From NCBI RefSeq assembly GCF_000007005.1, contig NC_002754.1: DNA of 64,000 bases, one strand, 5' to 3'. Positions 21,235-32,922 of the stretch are shown piece by piece. Both the position numbers and the translations under genes were made by a program. Source of the stretch: Saccharolobus solfataricus P2 (GTDB lineage: Archaea > Thermoproteota > Thermoprotei_A > Sulfolobales > Sulfolobaceae). Below the pieces are notes generated by a model. That model saw only the letters and a list, made by a program, of their open reading frames with translations, did no database searches and was not told where the DNA came from. Position 1 is the first letter of the stretch; each line of letters begins with the position of its first letter.

Positions 21235-22368
21235 TTAAGTGAATTTTCTTGGATCTCCTCTTAAGATTTCCCTAAGTAATATTGTAGCGTACATTCCTCT
21301 TTCTAATACAAAAGATATTGTTTTAGTTTCCTCGTTAACTTTTAAATCTCTTATATTCATAAACGCCTTCCTCACGAGGTCTCTTAGGGAGATTTTGAAT
21401 TCTTGTAATTTGAAAAAATTTCGTTCTATTCCCTCATCCAGATAAATTTCCTTGCAAACATCATCACAGTTATTAAAATAGATAGGTATTCTTATAAGCA
21501 AGTTAACCTTATCATTAAGGTTCTTATATTCGTCTAGCTTTCTGGATAAATACAGATTAAATAAATAACTTTGATATGCGTCTAAATATAACGAGATTGG
21601 AATGAAACTACTTTTAAGGGCTAGATAATAAGAATTAAATCTCATATAGTTCTTCAGTAACAATTTCTCTTGCTTAAACTTGGACGGAATCGATCTAACT
21701 GCTTCTTTAAAATCGCCTTCCATTATTAACTTTCTTATGTCAATGGTTTCTTTTGACTCGGAAAGAAAAGGATATGTCAAAATCAGATAAAATGCCTTCT
21801 CCCAGTCTCTTCTCAAAAGATATTTCCCTATTAAATGTGTAATAGGCCTCCGGGTACCAAAACGTTGATAGCCTATAAAAGCTGGGAGATATGGATTTTT
21901 CTTAATTTGTTCTATTCTCTCTATGACTATATCGAAGTCGGATATTGAGAGGGATATTTCAAATATATTTCCAGTATGATTTAGTTTTTTTGAAGAAAAT
22001 CCGAGGAACTTTAGAATAAAACTCCTTGATTGATATTTCTCAATCAGTTCTTGTTTTTCGTTTAACGGTATATATACTAACTGAGATGTTATCGCATTAG
22101 CATCCTTAATACCTATATAATTTACTTTAGAATGTAGTACTTTCTGAACTTCGGATATAGCGGAAAAATGATCTATTCCCCATTTTGTAAGTAAGAATAC
22201 CGCATATTTACCTTTTGTCTCGCCTTTCCAATCTTGAGCTGGCTTAAAGTCAATCTCTTCTATAACTTTAAACCCGTTTGGTCTTTCAATTGTTCCGTCT
22301 AACTCGTTCCAGTCTTCATAATAATATTTTTCCATACCTAACGCAATGTCTATTTCATGAGGAGTCAC
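21235..22368 (-). CDS. truD: tRNA pseudouridine synthase D
   Basis: GIKDANAIT (catalytic Asp), GNIFEI, GYQRFGTRRP, GMYATILLRE. Confidence 0.92.
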   Translation of the reverse strand: MTPHEIDIALGMEKYYYEDWNELDGTIERPNGFKVIEEIDFKPAQDWKGETKGKYAVFLLTKWGIDHFSAISEVQKVLHSKVNYIGIKDANAITSQLVYIPLNEKQELIEKYQSRSFILKFLGFSSKKLNHTGNIFEISLSISDFDIVIERIEQIKKNPYLPAFIGYQRFGTRRPITHLIGKYLLRRDWEKAFYLILTYPFLSESKETIDIRKLIMEGDFKEAVRSIPSKFKQEKLLLKNYMRFNSYYLALKSSFIPISLYLDAYQSYLFNLYLSRKLDEYKNLNDKVNLLIRIPIYFNNCDDVCKEIYLDEGIERNFFKLQEFKISLRDLVRKAFMNIRDLKVNEETKTISFVLERGMYATILLREILRGDPRKFT

Positions 22369-22727
22369 AGTAATTTTAGATCACCCGTGATAGAATCTAC
22401 TAAATTTTCTGGTGCAGGCCCGATACCTAAACACGTTATAGTGCCGGGTTCTAATTGAGTCTTTCCTGCATCTTCAATTATAGAGAATGGTAAATTCATT
22501 GTTTCGGCTTTTTTAGCTCTTGAAATAATTTCGTCTAATGAATTTACCTTAACAATTATCTTTGGTTGTCCTTGATGTAACCACTCATTTAGCCACTCTT
22601 TCCAACGTAAGTTATTAGAGTTAATAATACTTACCACTAAAGTTACTGCTGCATGAGCAACTTGAGCTGCTATCTTACCTTTACCCATTTTAATATCACT
22701 CCTTACGACAATAACCATCTTAATCAT
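22365..22727 (-). CDS. pth2: peptidyl-tRNA hydrolase 2
   Basis: KMGKGKIAAQVAHAA, GQPKIIVK, DAGKTQLEPGT. Confidence 0.96.
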   Translation of the reverse strand: MIKMVIVVRSDIKMGKGKIAAQVAHAAVTLVVSIINSNNLRWKEWLNEWLHQGQPKIIVKVNSLDEIISRAKKAETMNLPFSIIEDAGKTQLEPGTITCLGIGPAPENLVDSITGDLKLL

Positions 22728-22791
22728 AATGTAACTACGAAAACAACAAACACTTTTAAACTTTTATTGATGTTTAATAAAGGGGAATGAT

Positions 22792-22989
22792 ATGTCGGTT
22801 AAGTTAAGCATTAGGGAAGAGGTAGAACCACCAATATGTTCAAGTTGTGGAAAAATAATACACCCAAGAGAGAAGGGAGTTGAATTCTATTGCCCAAATT
22901 GCGGTGAAGTATTAATAAGAAGAGATCACATGTGTAGAAAACAAGGAGCAGAATATATTTGTCCAAATTGTGGATTTAAGGGACCCTAA
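22792..22989 (+). CDS. Zn-ribbon putative RNA-binding protein (COG2888-like)
   Basis: CSSC, FYCPNCG, CRK, YICPNCGFKGP; typical neighbour of EF-1beta. Confidence 0.88.
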   Translation: MSVKLSIREEVEPPICSSCGKIIHPREKGVEFYCPNCGEVLIRRDHMCRKQGAEYICPNCGFKGP

Positions 22990-23002
22990 GGGGTAGCTTA
23001 AA

Positions 23003-23278
23003 ATGACAGATGTGTTAGTTGTCCTTAAAGTCTTTCCCGATAGTGATGAAGTTAATTTAGATAATTTGTACACAGATATTAGCAGTAAATTGCCTAAAGA
23101 ATATAAGATTATTAGAAAGGAAACTGAACCTATAGCTTTTGGTCTAAACGCGCTAATCCTATATGTTCAAATGCCTGAGCAAACTGAAGGTGGGACAGAC
23201 AATTTAGAAGAAGTAGTAAATAATATACAAGGAGTTAGTCATGCCGAAGTAGTAGGGATAACAAGATTAGGATTCTAA
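23003..23278 (+). CDS. ef1b: translation elongation factor EF-1beta
   Basis: EPIAFGLNAL, EGGTDNLEE. Confidence 0.95.
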   Translation: MTDVLVVLKVFPDSDEVNLDNLYTDISSKLPKEYKIIRKETEPIAFGLNALILYVQMPEQTEGGTDNLEEVVNNIQGVSHAEVVGITRLGF

Positions 23279-23342
23279 TAAACTCTTTGGTACGTTAGTT
23301 CTTATATATCCTTTATACGCTAAAATATTTTGGAGATAAAAA

Positions 23343-25652
23343 TTGAGCGCTAGTTCTGGAGAGGAACAGAAGCCGCAAAGAAAGGAGTTAATACTTAGAG
23401 TAATGGAAGCAAGACAAAAAGATGTCGGGAGAGGGAAAGTAAGAATTGATATTGATTTACTCTCACAAATTGATGTAAGCCCGGGTGATGTAGTCGAAAT
23501 TGAAGGAACCAGAAAGACCGCTGCGCTTGCATGGCCTTTGTCGCCAGAAGATACAACAACTGGAGAAAAAGACATAATAAGAATGGATGGAATTACTAGG
23601 AAAAACGCTGGTGTCTCGATTGGAGATAAGGTTATAGTACGGAAAGCAATTGTAAAACCAGCCAGCACAGTAAAATTAGCACCATCTAACTTCTCAATTA
23701 CCGTAGATCCAGGTTTCATCAGTTATGTTAAGAAACGATTAAAAGAATTCCCCCTAGTTGAAGGGGATACAGTATTAATTCCAGTTCTAGGACAAGCTAT
23801 ACCGTTTACTGTGGTTCAAGTCAAACCTGCAGGTATAGTTCTAGTAAATGACGATACAATAATAAGCATATCTGATAAGCCAGTAGAACCTTCCAGATAT
23901 CCCAGAGTTACCTATGAAGATATAGGTGGAATGAAAAATATTATAGAAAAAGTTAGAGAGTTAGTAGAACTACCCTTAAGACATCCAGAACTGTTCAAGA
24001 GATTAGGAATAGAACCGCCTAAGGGCATACTACTATATGGCCCACCTGGAGTTGGAAAGACGTTACTCGCTAAAGCTATAGCTAACGAGACTGATGCCTA
24101 CTTCACTTCAATTAATGGACCAGAAATAATGAGTAAATTCTATGGGGAAAGTGAGCAAAGATTAAGAGAAATATTTGAAGATGCCAAAAAACATGCTCCT
24201 GCGATAATATTCGTAGATGAAATAGACGCAATAGCACCGAAAAGAGACGAAGTAATAGGAGAAGTAGAAAGAAGAGTTGTTGCACAGTTACTCACCCTAA
24301 TGGATGGACTTGAAAATAGAGGAAACGTGATAGTTATAGCAGCTACCAATAGACCTAGTGCTGTTGATCCAGCATTAAGAAGACCGGGAAGATTTGATAG
24401 GGAAATAGAAATACCATTACCAGATAAGCAAGGAAGATTAGAAATATTACAAATCCACACAAGGAATATGCCATTATCTAAGGATGTTGACCTAGAAAAG
24501 CTTGCAGATATGACACACGGATATACTGGTGCTGATTTGTCTGCATTAGTAAGAGAAGCTGCAATGAATTCCTTAAGAAGATATTTACCAAAGATAGATT
24601 TGAACCAAGATAAGATACCTCCAGAGATATTAGAGTCTATGGAAGTTAAGATGGAGGATTTCATAAATGCATTCAAGGAAATAGTACCGAGTGGCTTAAG
24701 GGAAATTTACATAGAAGTTCCTGAGGTTAAATGGACAGATATAGGTGGACTTGAAGAAATAAAAGAAGAGCTAAAAGAAGTAGTTGAATATCCCTTGAAA
24801 TACTCAGAGCTATACCAAAACTCTGGTATAGAGCCACCTAAGGGTATATTGTTATTTGGTCCACCCGGAACTGGAAAGACAATGCTAGCGAAGGCTGTGG
24901 CGACTGAAAGCGGAGCAAATTTCATAGCAGTGAGAGGGCCAGAAATATTATCCAAATGGGTAGGTGAAAGTGAAAAAGCAGTTAGAGAAATATTTAGAAA
25001 AGCTAGAATGTATGCTCCAGCTGTAATATTCTTTGACGAAATAGATTCAATAGCGCCAATAAGGGGAATTTCTTATGATTCCGGAGTAACAGAGAGAATA
25101 GTAAATCAGCTATTAGCGGAAATGGATGGAATAGAAAAATTAGAGAATGTGGTAGTTATAGCTGCAACTAATAGACCAGATATCTTAGATCCAGCATTGC
25201 TAAGACCCGGTAGGTTTGAGAAATTAATCTATGTACCCCCACCAGATAAGAGGGCAAGGACAGAAATATTAAAGGTGCATACTAGGAACATAGCGCTAGG
25301 TGAGGATATCAGCTTAGAGGACGTAGCTGAAAAGACTGAAGGCTACACCGGAGCTGACTTAGCAGCGTTAGTAAGAGAAGCTACAATGAGAGCTATAAGA
25401 GAGAGCATGAAAATATGTATAGATAAGACTAACGAGAATTGTAAACCTACAGATGCTGAATGCAGAGATAAGACTATGAAAGAATGTATGAAGGTTAACG
25501 GGGTTAAGGTTTCCCTAAGACATTTCGAAGAGGCTATGAGGAAAGTTAAACCATCAGTTACACAAGATATGTTGCAATTCTATCAAAATTGGGTGGAAAA
25601 AGCTAGGCAACAATTGCCAAAAACTACTGTTAAACCAAGTACATATGCGTGA
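23343..25652 (+). CDS. cdc48: Cdc48/p97 AAA+ ATPase
   Basis: N domain plus two AAA modules ([12 protein letters not shown] and [12 protein letters not shown], both with RPGRF); TTG start. Confidence 0.97.
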   Translation: MSASSGEEQKPQRKELILRVMEARQKDVGRGKVRIDIDLLSQIDVSPGDVVEIEGTRKTAALAWPLSPEDTTTGEKDIIRMDGITRKNAGVSIGDKVIVRKAIVKPASTVKLAPSNFSITVDPGFISYVKKRLKEFPLVEGDTVLIPVLGQAIPFTVVQVKPAGIVLVNDDTIISISDKPVEPSRYPRVTYEDIGGMKNIIEKVRELVELPLRHPELFKRLGIEPPKGILLYGPPGVGKTLLAKAIANETDAYFTSINGPEIMSKFYGESEQRLREIFEDAKKHAPAIIFVDEIDAIAPKRDEVIGEVERRVVAQLLTLMDGLENRGNVIVIAATNRPSAVDPALRRPGRFDREIEIPLPDKQGRLEILQIHTRNMPLSKDVDLEKLADMTHGYTGADLSALVREAAMNSLRRYLPKIDLNQDKIPPEILESMEVKMEDFINAFKEIVPSGLREIYIEVPEVKWTDIGGLEEIKEELKEVVEYPLKYSELYQNSGIEPPKGILLFGPPGTGKTMLAKAVATESGANFIAVRGPEILSKWVGESEKAVREIFRKARMYAPAVIFFDEIDSIAPIRGISYDSGVTERIVNQLLAEMDGIEKLENVVVIAATNRPDILDPALLRPGRFEKLIYVPPPDKRARTEILKVHTRNIALGEDISLEDVAEKTEGYTGADLAALVREATMRAIRESMKICIDKTNENCKPTDAECRDKTMKECMKVNGVKVSLRHFEEAMRKVKPSVTQDMLQFYQNWVEKARQQLPKTTVKPSTYA

Positions 25653-25900
25653 AACTAATGTGGAGAAGTGTACCATTATATAATATTGTTTTAGAAAAGA
25701 TCTTAGATAAAATAAAGAAGAATAACAATAATATAAGAGATGATGATCTTTTTAAAGAAGTAAGAAATTCGACAAACTATGAAGTATCTTATGATGATTT
25801 CTTAAGAGCCTTAATGGCATTGGAGATTAGAGGTTATATATCGGTTTCACTAATTAAAGAAAATGTAAGAATGATAACTTATTTAGGTGATAAGGAATAG
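25649..25900 (+). CDS. small winged-helix-like hypothetical protein (83 aa)
   Basis: GTGA overlap with cdc48; [17 protein letters not shown] recognition-helix/wing pattern; its TAG overlaps the fen1 start. Confidence 0.72.
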   Translation: MKLMWRSVPLYNIVLEKILDKIKKNNNNIRDDDLFKEVRNSTNYEVSYDDFLRALMALEIRGYISVSLIKENVRMITYLGDKE

Positions 25901-26952
25901 GAGTAGATTTAGCAGATTTAGTAAAAGATGTAAAAAGAGAGCTTTCGTTTTCTGAACTTAAAGGAAAGAGGGTAAGTATCGATGGATATAATGCGTTATA
26001 TCAGTTTTTAGCTGCAATAAGACAACCGGATGGAACTCCCTTAATGGATTCACAGGGGAGAGTAACTAGTCATCTAAGTGGATTATTTTATAGAACGATA
26101 AATATCCTAGAAGAAGGTGTCATACCAATCTACGTCTTTGATGGTAAACCGCCAGAGCAAAAAAGTGAAGAGTTAGAAAGAAGGAGAAAGGCAAAAGAAG
26201 AAGCTGAGAGAAAGTTAGAAAGAGCCAAAAGCGAAGGGAAGATAGAGGAGCTAAGGAAATATTCACAAGCTATACTTAGATTATCAAATATCATGGTAGA
26301 AGAAAGTAAAAAATTGTTGAGAGCTATGGGAATACCTATAGTTCAAGCACCTTCTGAAGGAGAGGCTGAGGCTGCATATCTGAATAAATTAGGATTAAGC
26401 TGGGCAGCAGCAAGTCAAGATTATGATGCGATACTTTTCGGAGCTAAAAGGCTAGTAAGAAATTTGACAATTACAGGGAAAAGAAAGCTTCCTAACAAGG
26501 ACGTATATGTGGAGATAAAACCAGAATTAATAGAAACGGAAATCTTACTTAAAAAATTAGGAATAACAAGGGAACAACTAATTGATATAGGCATATTAAT
26601 TGGAACAGACTATAATCCTGATGGAATAAGGGGCATAGGACCAGAAAGAGCACTAAAGATAATAAAAAAATACGGCAAGATAGAAAAAGCAATGGAATAT
26701 GGTGAAATTTCAAAAAAGGATATTAATTTCAATATCGATGAAATTAGAGGTTTATTTTTGAATCCACAAGTAGTTAAACCAGAGGAAGCTTTAGATTTGA
26801 ATGAACCTAACGGAGAAGATATAATTAATATCTTAGTATATGAACATAACTTCAGTGAAGAAAGAGTGAAGAATGGAATTGAAAGATTAACTAAAGCAAT
26901 AAAAGAAGCTAAAGGAGCGTCTAGACAAACAGGATTGGACAGATGGTTTTAA
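25897..26952 (+). CDS. fen1: flap endonuclease 1 (351 aa, non-canonical start, probably ATA)
   Basis: In-frame upstream of track start 26044 reads (I)GVDLADLVK...SIDGYNALYQFL, the conserved FEN1 N-terminus; in-frame TAA at 25891-25893; GGTGA SD at 25886-25890; C-terminal PIP box QTGLDRWF. Confidence 0.93.
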   Translation: MGVDLADLVKDVKRELSFSELKGKRVSIDGYNALYQFLAAIRQPDGTPLMDSQGRVTSHLSGLFYRTINILEEGVIPIYVFDGKPPEQKSEELERRRKAKEEAERKLERAKSEGKIEELRKYSQAILRLSNIMVEESKKLLRAMGIPIVQAPSEGEAEAAYLNKLGLSWAAASQDYDAILFGAKRLVRNLTITGKRKLPNKDVYVEIKPELIETEILLKKLGITREQLIDIGILIGTDYNPDGIRGIGPERALKIIKKYGKIEKAMEYGEISKKDINFNIDEIRGLFLNPQVVKPEEALDLNEPNGEDIINILVYEHNFSEERVKNGIERLTKAIKEAKGASRQTGLDRWF

Positions 26953-26998
26953 TACTTTAAAGTTAAACTTAAAGTTATCCATTAATATCTACTACCTT

Positions 26999-27646
26999 GT
27001 GATTACAAAGGATTATTATCCAATTTTTATAGACCTTTCTAATTTTCGTATACTTATAATCGGAGGAGGCAAAGTAGGTACAAAAAGAGCGTTAGCTTTT
27101 AAGAGATATGGAGCTGACGTATCTGTCTTAAGTTTGGATTTCTCCCAAGATCTTCTTAATTCAGACATAAGATTGATTAGGGATGACGCGAATAAAATCG
27201 ATAGTAATCTAATAGAAAAATATGATATAATTTTGACTTGCACGAATAATTCTGAACTTAACGAGAAACTCTGTAATATAGCCAAAAACCTAAGAAAACT
27301 TTGTAATAATCCTACTAATCCAGAAAACTCTAACTTTATAGTACCAATATTCTATTCTGATAACGACTTAGAAATAGCTATAACTACTAGAGGAAAATCT
27401 AGTATCTTAGCTAAAGAAATCCTAACCAAAACAATTAGTATAGCTAACAGCTCAGAAATAAGAAATTTATTAGGTATAATGTATGATGTAAAGATTCTAT
27501 TAAAGAAAAAAGTAGCTGATCCATCTGTTAGATATTCATTATATCATAAAATATATAATGATGAAAAATTCAAATATTATGCTACTAATGGTTTAATAAA
27601 TAAAGCATTAAATAGAGCGGAGGAGATAATTAATGAGCAAGGATGA
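26999..27646 (+). CDS. sirC: precorrin-2 dehydrogenase (SirC / CysG N-terminal type)
   Basis: [26 protein letters not shown]; GTG start. Confidence 0.85.
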   Translation: MITKDYYPIFIDLSNFRILIIGGGKVGTKRALAFKRYGADVSVLSLDFSQDLLNSDIRLIRDDANKIDSNLIEKYDIILTCTNNSELNEKLCNIAKNLRKLCNNPTNPENSNFIVPIFYSDNDLEIAITTRGKSSILAKEILTKTISIANSSEIRNLLGIMYDVKILLKKKVADPSVRYSLYHKIYNDEKFKYYATNGLINKALNRAEEIINEQG

Positions 27647-28913
27647 AGAGTTACTACAAAATTATTGTTCGATTTTATTTACATACAAAACTATAGGAAT
27701 AAGTAACCTTCACTTATATTACTTTAGGGAAACGGAAATAAAATCGTTAAAACAATTAATCAATGCTGAATTTGCTATTCTACAAACTTGTAATAGAGTT
27801 GAAATATATCTATATTCAGATACTAATACATTAAAGGAGGTTAATAAAATAATCCAATATTTGAATAACATACATAATGAACCTATCGGAAATCAAGCTA
27901 GGGTACTCTGTGGTAAAGATGCTGCAAAACACTTATTTTTGGTAGCTAGTGGAGCTGATTCACTATCTATTGGAGAATACGAAATCTTATCTCAAATAAG
28001 ATCTACTATTGATATGTTTAAAAAATTAGGCTTCAGCGGAAAATATTTACAAATATTTTTCGAAAGAGCAATTAAAGTAGGCAGAAAAGTTAGAGAAGAG
28101 ACTAGTATTTCTAAGGGGAAAGTTGGTATATATTCTCTTGCTATTGATGAGGCTAAAAAACGATTCAATGATTTTTATGATAGAAGAATATTAGTAATAG
28201 GAGCTGGCGAAATGGCGCAGAAAATAACTAGTATGCTCCACAATGAAGGAGCCAAAGATGTTACAATAATGAATAGAACAATAGAAAAGGCAAAACAACT
28301 TGCACTAAAGTTCGGCTATAACTACGAAAAATTAGATTTAGACAAGTTAGGTAACTTCGATGTCGCTTTTATATCAATTTATCATGAGAATCTTAGACTT
28401 GAGAACAAATGGAATACATTAATTGTTGATATAACTGTCCCGCCCCTATTTACTGGGAATAACGTAATTACACTAGAAGAATTAGAAAGAATATCAAACC
28501 TCAACTTCAAAGCTAGAGAAGAGGAATTAGCTAAAATTAATAAATTGGTAGAGGATGGAATAAATGAATTACTATATGATTACAAAAAAGAAATCTATAC
28601 GGAATTCATGTCAAAAATAATGAAAAGGATAGAAACTATAAGAGAAAACGAGATTCTAAGAGCGTATAAAGAACTTGAGAAACTTGGAATAAACGACCAA
28701 CAAGCGAAGGAAATACTAGATTTGATGACTAGATCAATCATTAAAAAGTCATTCCAACCCCTTTTCGATAATATAAGATCACTAATATTTAACGGAGAAA
28801 ATTCGATAAACTACATTAACTTTCTAATTGATATTTTTAAAGATGGTAACATTTCCGGTTTTGAGACCGAGAAGATTAAGGAAAAGCAAGTTAGTGAGAG
28901 ATCTAGTATCTGA
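27633..28913 (+). CDS. hemA: glutamyl-tRNA reductase
   Basis: [33 protein letters not shown]. Confidence 0.95.
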   Translation: MSKDEELLQNYCSILFTYKTIGISNLHLYYFRETEIKSLKQLINAEFAILQTCNRVEIYLYSDTNTLKEVNKIIQYLNNIHNEPIGNQARVLCGKDAAKHLFLVASGADSLSIGEYEILSQIRSTIDMFKKLGFSGKYLQIFFERAIKVGRKVREETSISKGKVGIYSLAIDEAKKRFNDFYDRRILVIGAGEMAQKITSMLHNEGAKDVTIMNRTIEKAKQLALKFGYNYEKLDLDKLGNFDVAFISIYHENLRLENKWNTLIVDITVPPLFTGNNVITLEELERISNLNFKAREEELAKINKLVEDGINELLYDYKKEIYTEFMSKIMKRIETIRENEILRAYKELEKLGINDQQAKEILDLMTRSIIKKSFQPLFDNIRSLIFNGENSINYINFLIDIFKDGNISGFETEKIKEKQVSERSSI

Positions 28914-29853
28914 AACATCTATTTCACAAAACGATTTAGTACTTCCAGTATTTATAAAGGAAAACATAAATGAGCCAGAGCAAATTGCTTCGATGCCAGG
29001 TATATATAGATATCCGCCAAATGATAAGTTAATCAACTATCTACAAGATAGTTACGAAAACGGAATTCGAAGTGTAATATTGTTTGGAATTCCTTCTTAT
29101 AAAGACGATATAGCATCTTCAGCCTATGATAAAAATGGTATAATACAGAGAGCGGTTAGAATAATAAAGGATAGTTTTAAGGATAAGATTATAGTAATCA
29201 CAGATGAGTGTACTGATGAGTATATGGCTAATGGTCATTGTGGTCTTGTTAAATATACTAACGGGTGTTATGTGGTAGATAATGATGAAAGTCTAAAGAT
29301 TCATGCTAAGATTGCATTAAGTCAAGCTGAAGCTGGTGCAGACGTTATAGCTCCATCCAGCATGATGGATGGAGTAGTTAGGGCTATAAGAGATGCGCTA
29401 GATAGTGCCGGCTACATTGATACATTAATATTGTCATATAGTGTAAAGTACGCTTCAGTAATGTATGGTCCCTTTAGGGATGCAGCGTACTCTAAACCCG
29501 CATTTGGAGATAGAAGGGGATATCAGATGGACCCTAGAAATGCATTTGAGGCAATAAAAGAAGCGAGACTAGATATAGAGGAAGGTGCTGATATTTTGAT
29601 GGTTAAACCTGCCCATACATATTTAGATGTAATAAGATTAGTGAAAGACCACTTTCCAGAATATCCGCTAGCTGCATATCATGTTAGTGGTGAATATAGT
29701 ATGATAAAGGCAGCTGCAATTAATGGATGGATAGACGAAAAGACTGCAGTCTTAGAAATTACTACTGCAATAAAAAGGGCAGGGGCTGATTTAATCATTA
29801 CTTATTATGCTAACGATATTGCTAGATGGATAAAGGACGGTGTACCATTTTGA
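28843..29853 (+). CDS. hemB: porphobilinogen synthase (Zn-type)
   Basis: [37 protein letters not shown]; start set to ATG 28843. Confidence 0.96.
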
Positions 29854-31106
29854 ATAGCGAGGAACTATGGGCTCAAGCTAAGCAATTATTTGCTGGAGGA
29901 GTAAATAGTCCAGTTAGAGCAGCAGTAAAGCCATTCCCCTTTTATGTAGAAAGGGGAAAAGGAGCTTATATTTACACGGTCGATGGTAAAAAGTTCATTG
30001 ATTATGTATTAGGTTATGGGCCTCTAATTTTAGGTCACTCCCCAGAATCCGTAAAGAGAAGAATAGTTGAGCAATTAGAAAGAGGTTGGCTTTTCGGAAC
30101 TCCTAGTGAATTAGAAATAGAATTAGCTAGAAAAATAAGGTCACATATACCATCAGCGCAGAAAATAAGATTTGTAAATAGTGGAACTGAGGCTACAATG
30201 GCAGCTATAAGATTAGCTAGAGGCTATACAAAAAGAAGCAAAATATTGAAGTTTAGCGGAAATTACCATGGAGCTCACGATTACGCACTTGTGGAAGCAG
30301 GAAGCGCTGCTACAGAATATAACGTTGCAACTTCTGATGGTGTACCAATGGAAATAATGAAGACCGTAGAAATATGCGAATTTAACGATCTTGATTGCGT
30401 AGATAAAAAATTGAGAAACGAGGATATAGCTACAGTAATCTTAGAACCCGTTATGGGCAATGCTGGGGTAATCTTACCTGAAAAGGACTTTTTATTTGGA
30501 TTAAGAGAACTCACAAAAACCTACAACTCTCTATTGATCTTCGATGAAGTTATAACTGGTTTTAGAATCAGCATAGGTGGGGCACAATCTTACTATCAAA
30601 TTTATCCAGACATAACAACACTAGGTAAAATAATAGGTGGTGGTTTCCCTATCGGTGCAGTAGCAGGAAAAGCAGAGATTATTGATAACTTTACTCCAGC
30701 TGGTAAAGTATTTAATGCTGGCACATTTAACGCTAACCCAATATCTATGATTGCTGGAATTGCTACAATAGAAGAACTTGAAAAAGAATACCCATATATT
30801 ATCGCAAACCAAGCCGCCAAGACCCTAGTGGAGGAATTAGAAAGGTTGCTAAAAACAAAACATACAATAAACCATGTTGGGAGTATGTTTCAGATATTCT
30901 TCGGAATAGATGAGGTTAGAAATTACTCAGATGCTAAAAGAGCTGATAAAGAGTACTACATAAAGTTTCATGAAAGACTGTTAAAGGAGGGAGTTTTCAT
31001 TCCGCCAAGTCAATATGAGACAATTTTTACTTCAGCTGCCCATAAAGATGATGTAATTGCTGACACTATAGATAAGCTTATGAAAGTAATAGGCGAACTA
31101 AATTGA
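29850..31106 (+). CDS. hemL: glutamate-1-semialdehyde 2,1-aminomutase
   Basis: [32 protein letters not shown]; TTG 29850 overlaps the hemB TGA. Confidence 0.96.
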
Positions 31107-31984
31107 AAATACTAATAGCTGCAAGAGGAAGTAAACTAAGTAGAGTACAAGTAGATATGGTAGGTGAAAAATTAAGAAAAATTGGAATAGAATATGATGT
31201 AATAGATATAAAAACAAAAGCTGACTTGTTTTCTACTGAACCATTAAGTAAATTAGGTAAAGGAGTTTTTGAAAAAGAAGTCAATGAGGCTGTATTGGAG
31301 GGAAAAGCCGATGTTGCAGTTCACAGCATGAAAGATATCTTATCAGAAATAAATCCTGAACTAGAAATATTTGCAGTAATAGAAAGAGATCCTCCATATG
31401 ATATATTAATTGCAGAGAAAAATTTACATAAATTGGACCCAAATACTACAATAGGTACAAGTAGTATAAGGAGGAAAAACTTTATTAAATACATCAGACC
31501 AGAAATAAATACTAAAGATATTAGAGGTAATGTGGACACTAGAATAAGAAAATATTTGTCTAAAGAGTATGATGGTTTAATATTAGCTGAGGCCTCAATA
31601 AAAAGGCTCAATATTAGTATAAGTTATCACAGGCTTAATGTCTACGATTTCACTCCAGAAGCTAATCAAGGTATTATAGTAGTCTTAGGAAGAAAAAAAG
31701 ATGAAAAGGTAAAAGAGGTATTTAAAGAAATTACTCATAAAGATACATTAGATGAGGCATTAGCTGAAAGAGCTACAATTAGTGTAGTAGGAGGAGGTTG
31801 TCATTCTCCTATTGGTGTGTTATTCAGAAAAGAAGGAAAAGAGTTCTATGGGATTGCAAGTTATAGTGATGGGAAGAAAAAAATTACCGTTTCCATTAGC
31901 AAGGCGGGGGATCCGTATACTATAGGATCTGAATTGGGCTTGCTACTAAAAAAGGAGATGAAGAATGAGGGTATTATTCCTTAG
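31103..31984 (+). CDS. hemC: porphobilinogen deaminase
   Basis: [43 protein letters not shown]. Confidence 0.96.
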
Positions 31985-32678
31985 GCCCGATAATGAAGAT
32001 AATGAACTCAATGAAAAGCTTATGATACTTCGGAAAAACGGAATTGAAGTTCTAAACATTCCCATCTTTAAAATAAAATGCGTCTCATATTCGTTACCGA
32101 CCTATGATTATGAGGCACTAGCATTTACAAGCAGAAATTCAGTCATTTGTTTCAAAGATCGCACCTTAATTAAAAACGTTCATAAGATATACGCTATCGG
32201 AGAAGAAACTGCTGAGTTATTAATGAAAATGTATAATGTAAATCCGATAACTCCAGAGAGATTTACGAGTATAGAACTAGCTAAAAGAATTTTGGAAGAT
32301 AAGGTAAATAGTATACTTAGCATAAGGAGTAGAAAAGCTTCTGAAGATATGAGAAATATTCTTAATGGCAAAATTAAATATGATGAGATTTACGTATATG
32401 ATTCAGAAATAATCAGAGATAATATAAACGAAATATCCAAAATTCTAACCGAATGTGAAGTTGACGCCATAGCATTTACTAGTTCGTTGATGGCTAAGCT
32501 AATTGGTCCTTTTATTAGGGGTAAGTGTAATATAATAATCTTTAGCATAGGTCCAATGACGACAGAAACTTTGAAACGAGTTAATAATAAGGTAAAAATA
32601 ATAGAAAGCAAGACACATTCTATTAAAGGCATTATAGAAACTATTTTAGTGGAGATGAAACGAAATGGACGAGATTAA
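31965..32678 (+). CDS. hemD: uroporphyrinogen-III synthase
   Basis: [32 protein letters not shown]. Confidence 0.92.
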
Positions 32679-32922
32679 AGATTTAACGCTTAAAGTTCTT
32701 AAAAAGATTGATAATACAGTAATTGATAGTAGTCTTCAGATTAAGTACTATCAAGGCTTTAAAGATAGATTTGATGTATTCGGCGAGTACGAAAATCAAA
32801 TAGGTATTTTTGAATTCGCAATAAGTTTTGATAAAAAGGGTAATTTAAAAAGATCTCATATTAATATGATCTCTCCAAAAAATATAAGAAACGACTTAGA
32901 AAAGAAAATATACAAAGAATAG
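32665..32922 (+). CDS. hypothetical protein (85 aa)
   Basis: Overlaps the hemD stop and abuts the next gene; no motif recognised. Confidence 0.7.
   Translation: MDEIKDLTLKVLKKIDNTVIDSSLQIKYYQGFKDRFDVFGEYENQIGIFEFAISFDKKGNLKRSHINMISPKNIRNDLEKKIYKE

Noticed and set aside
23900-25230. Internal repeat similarity in cdc48
   Set aside because: Expected D1/D2 AAA domain duplication
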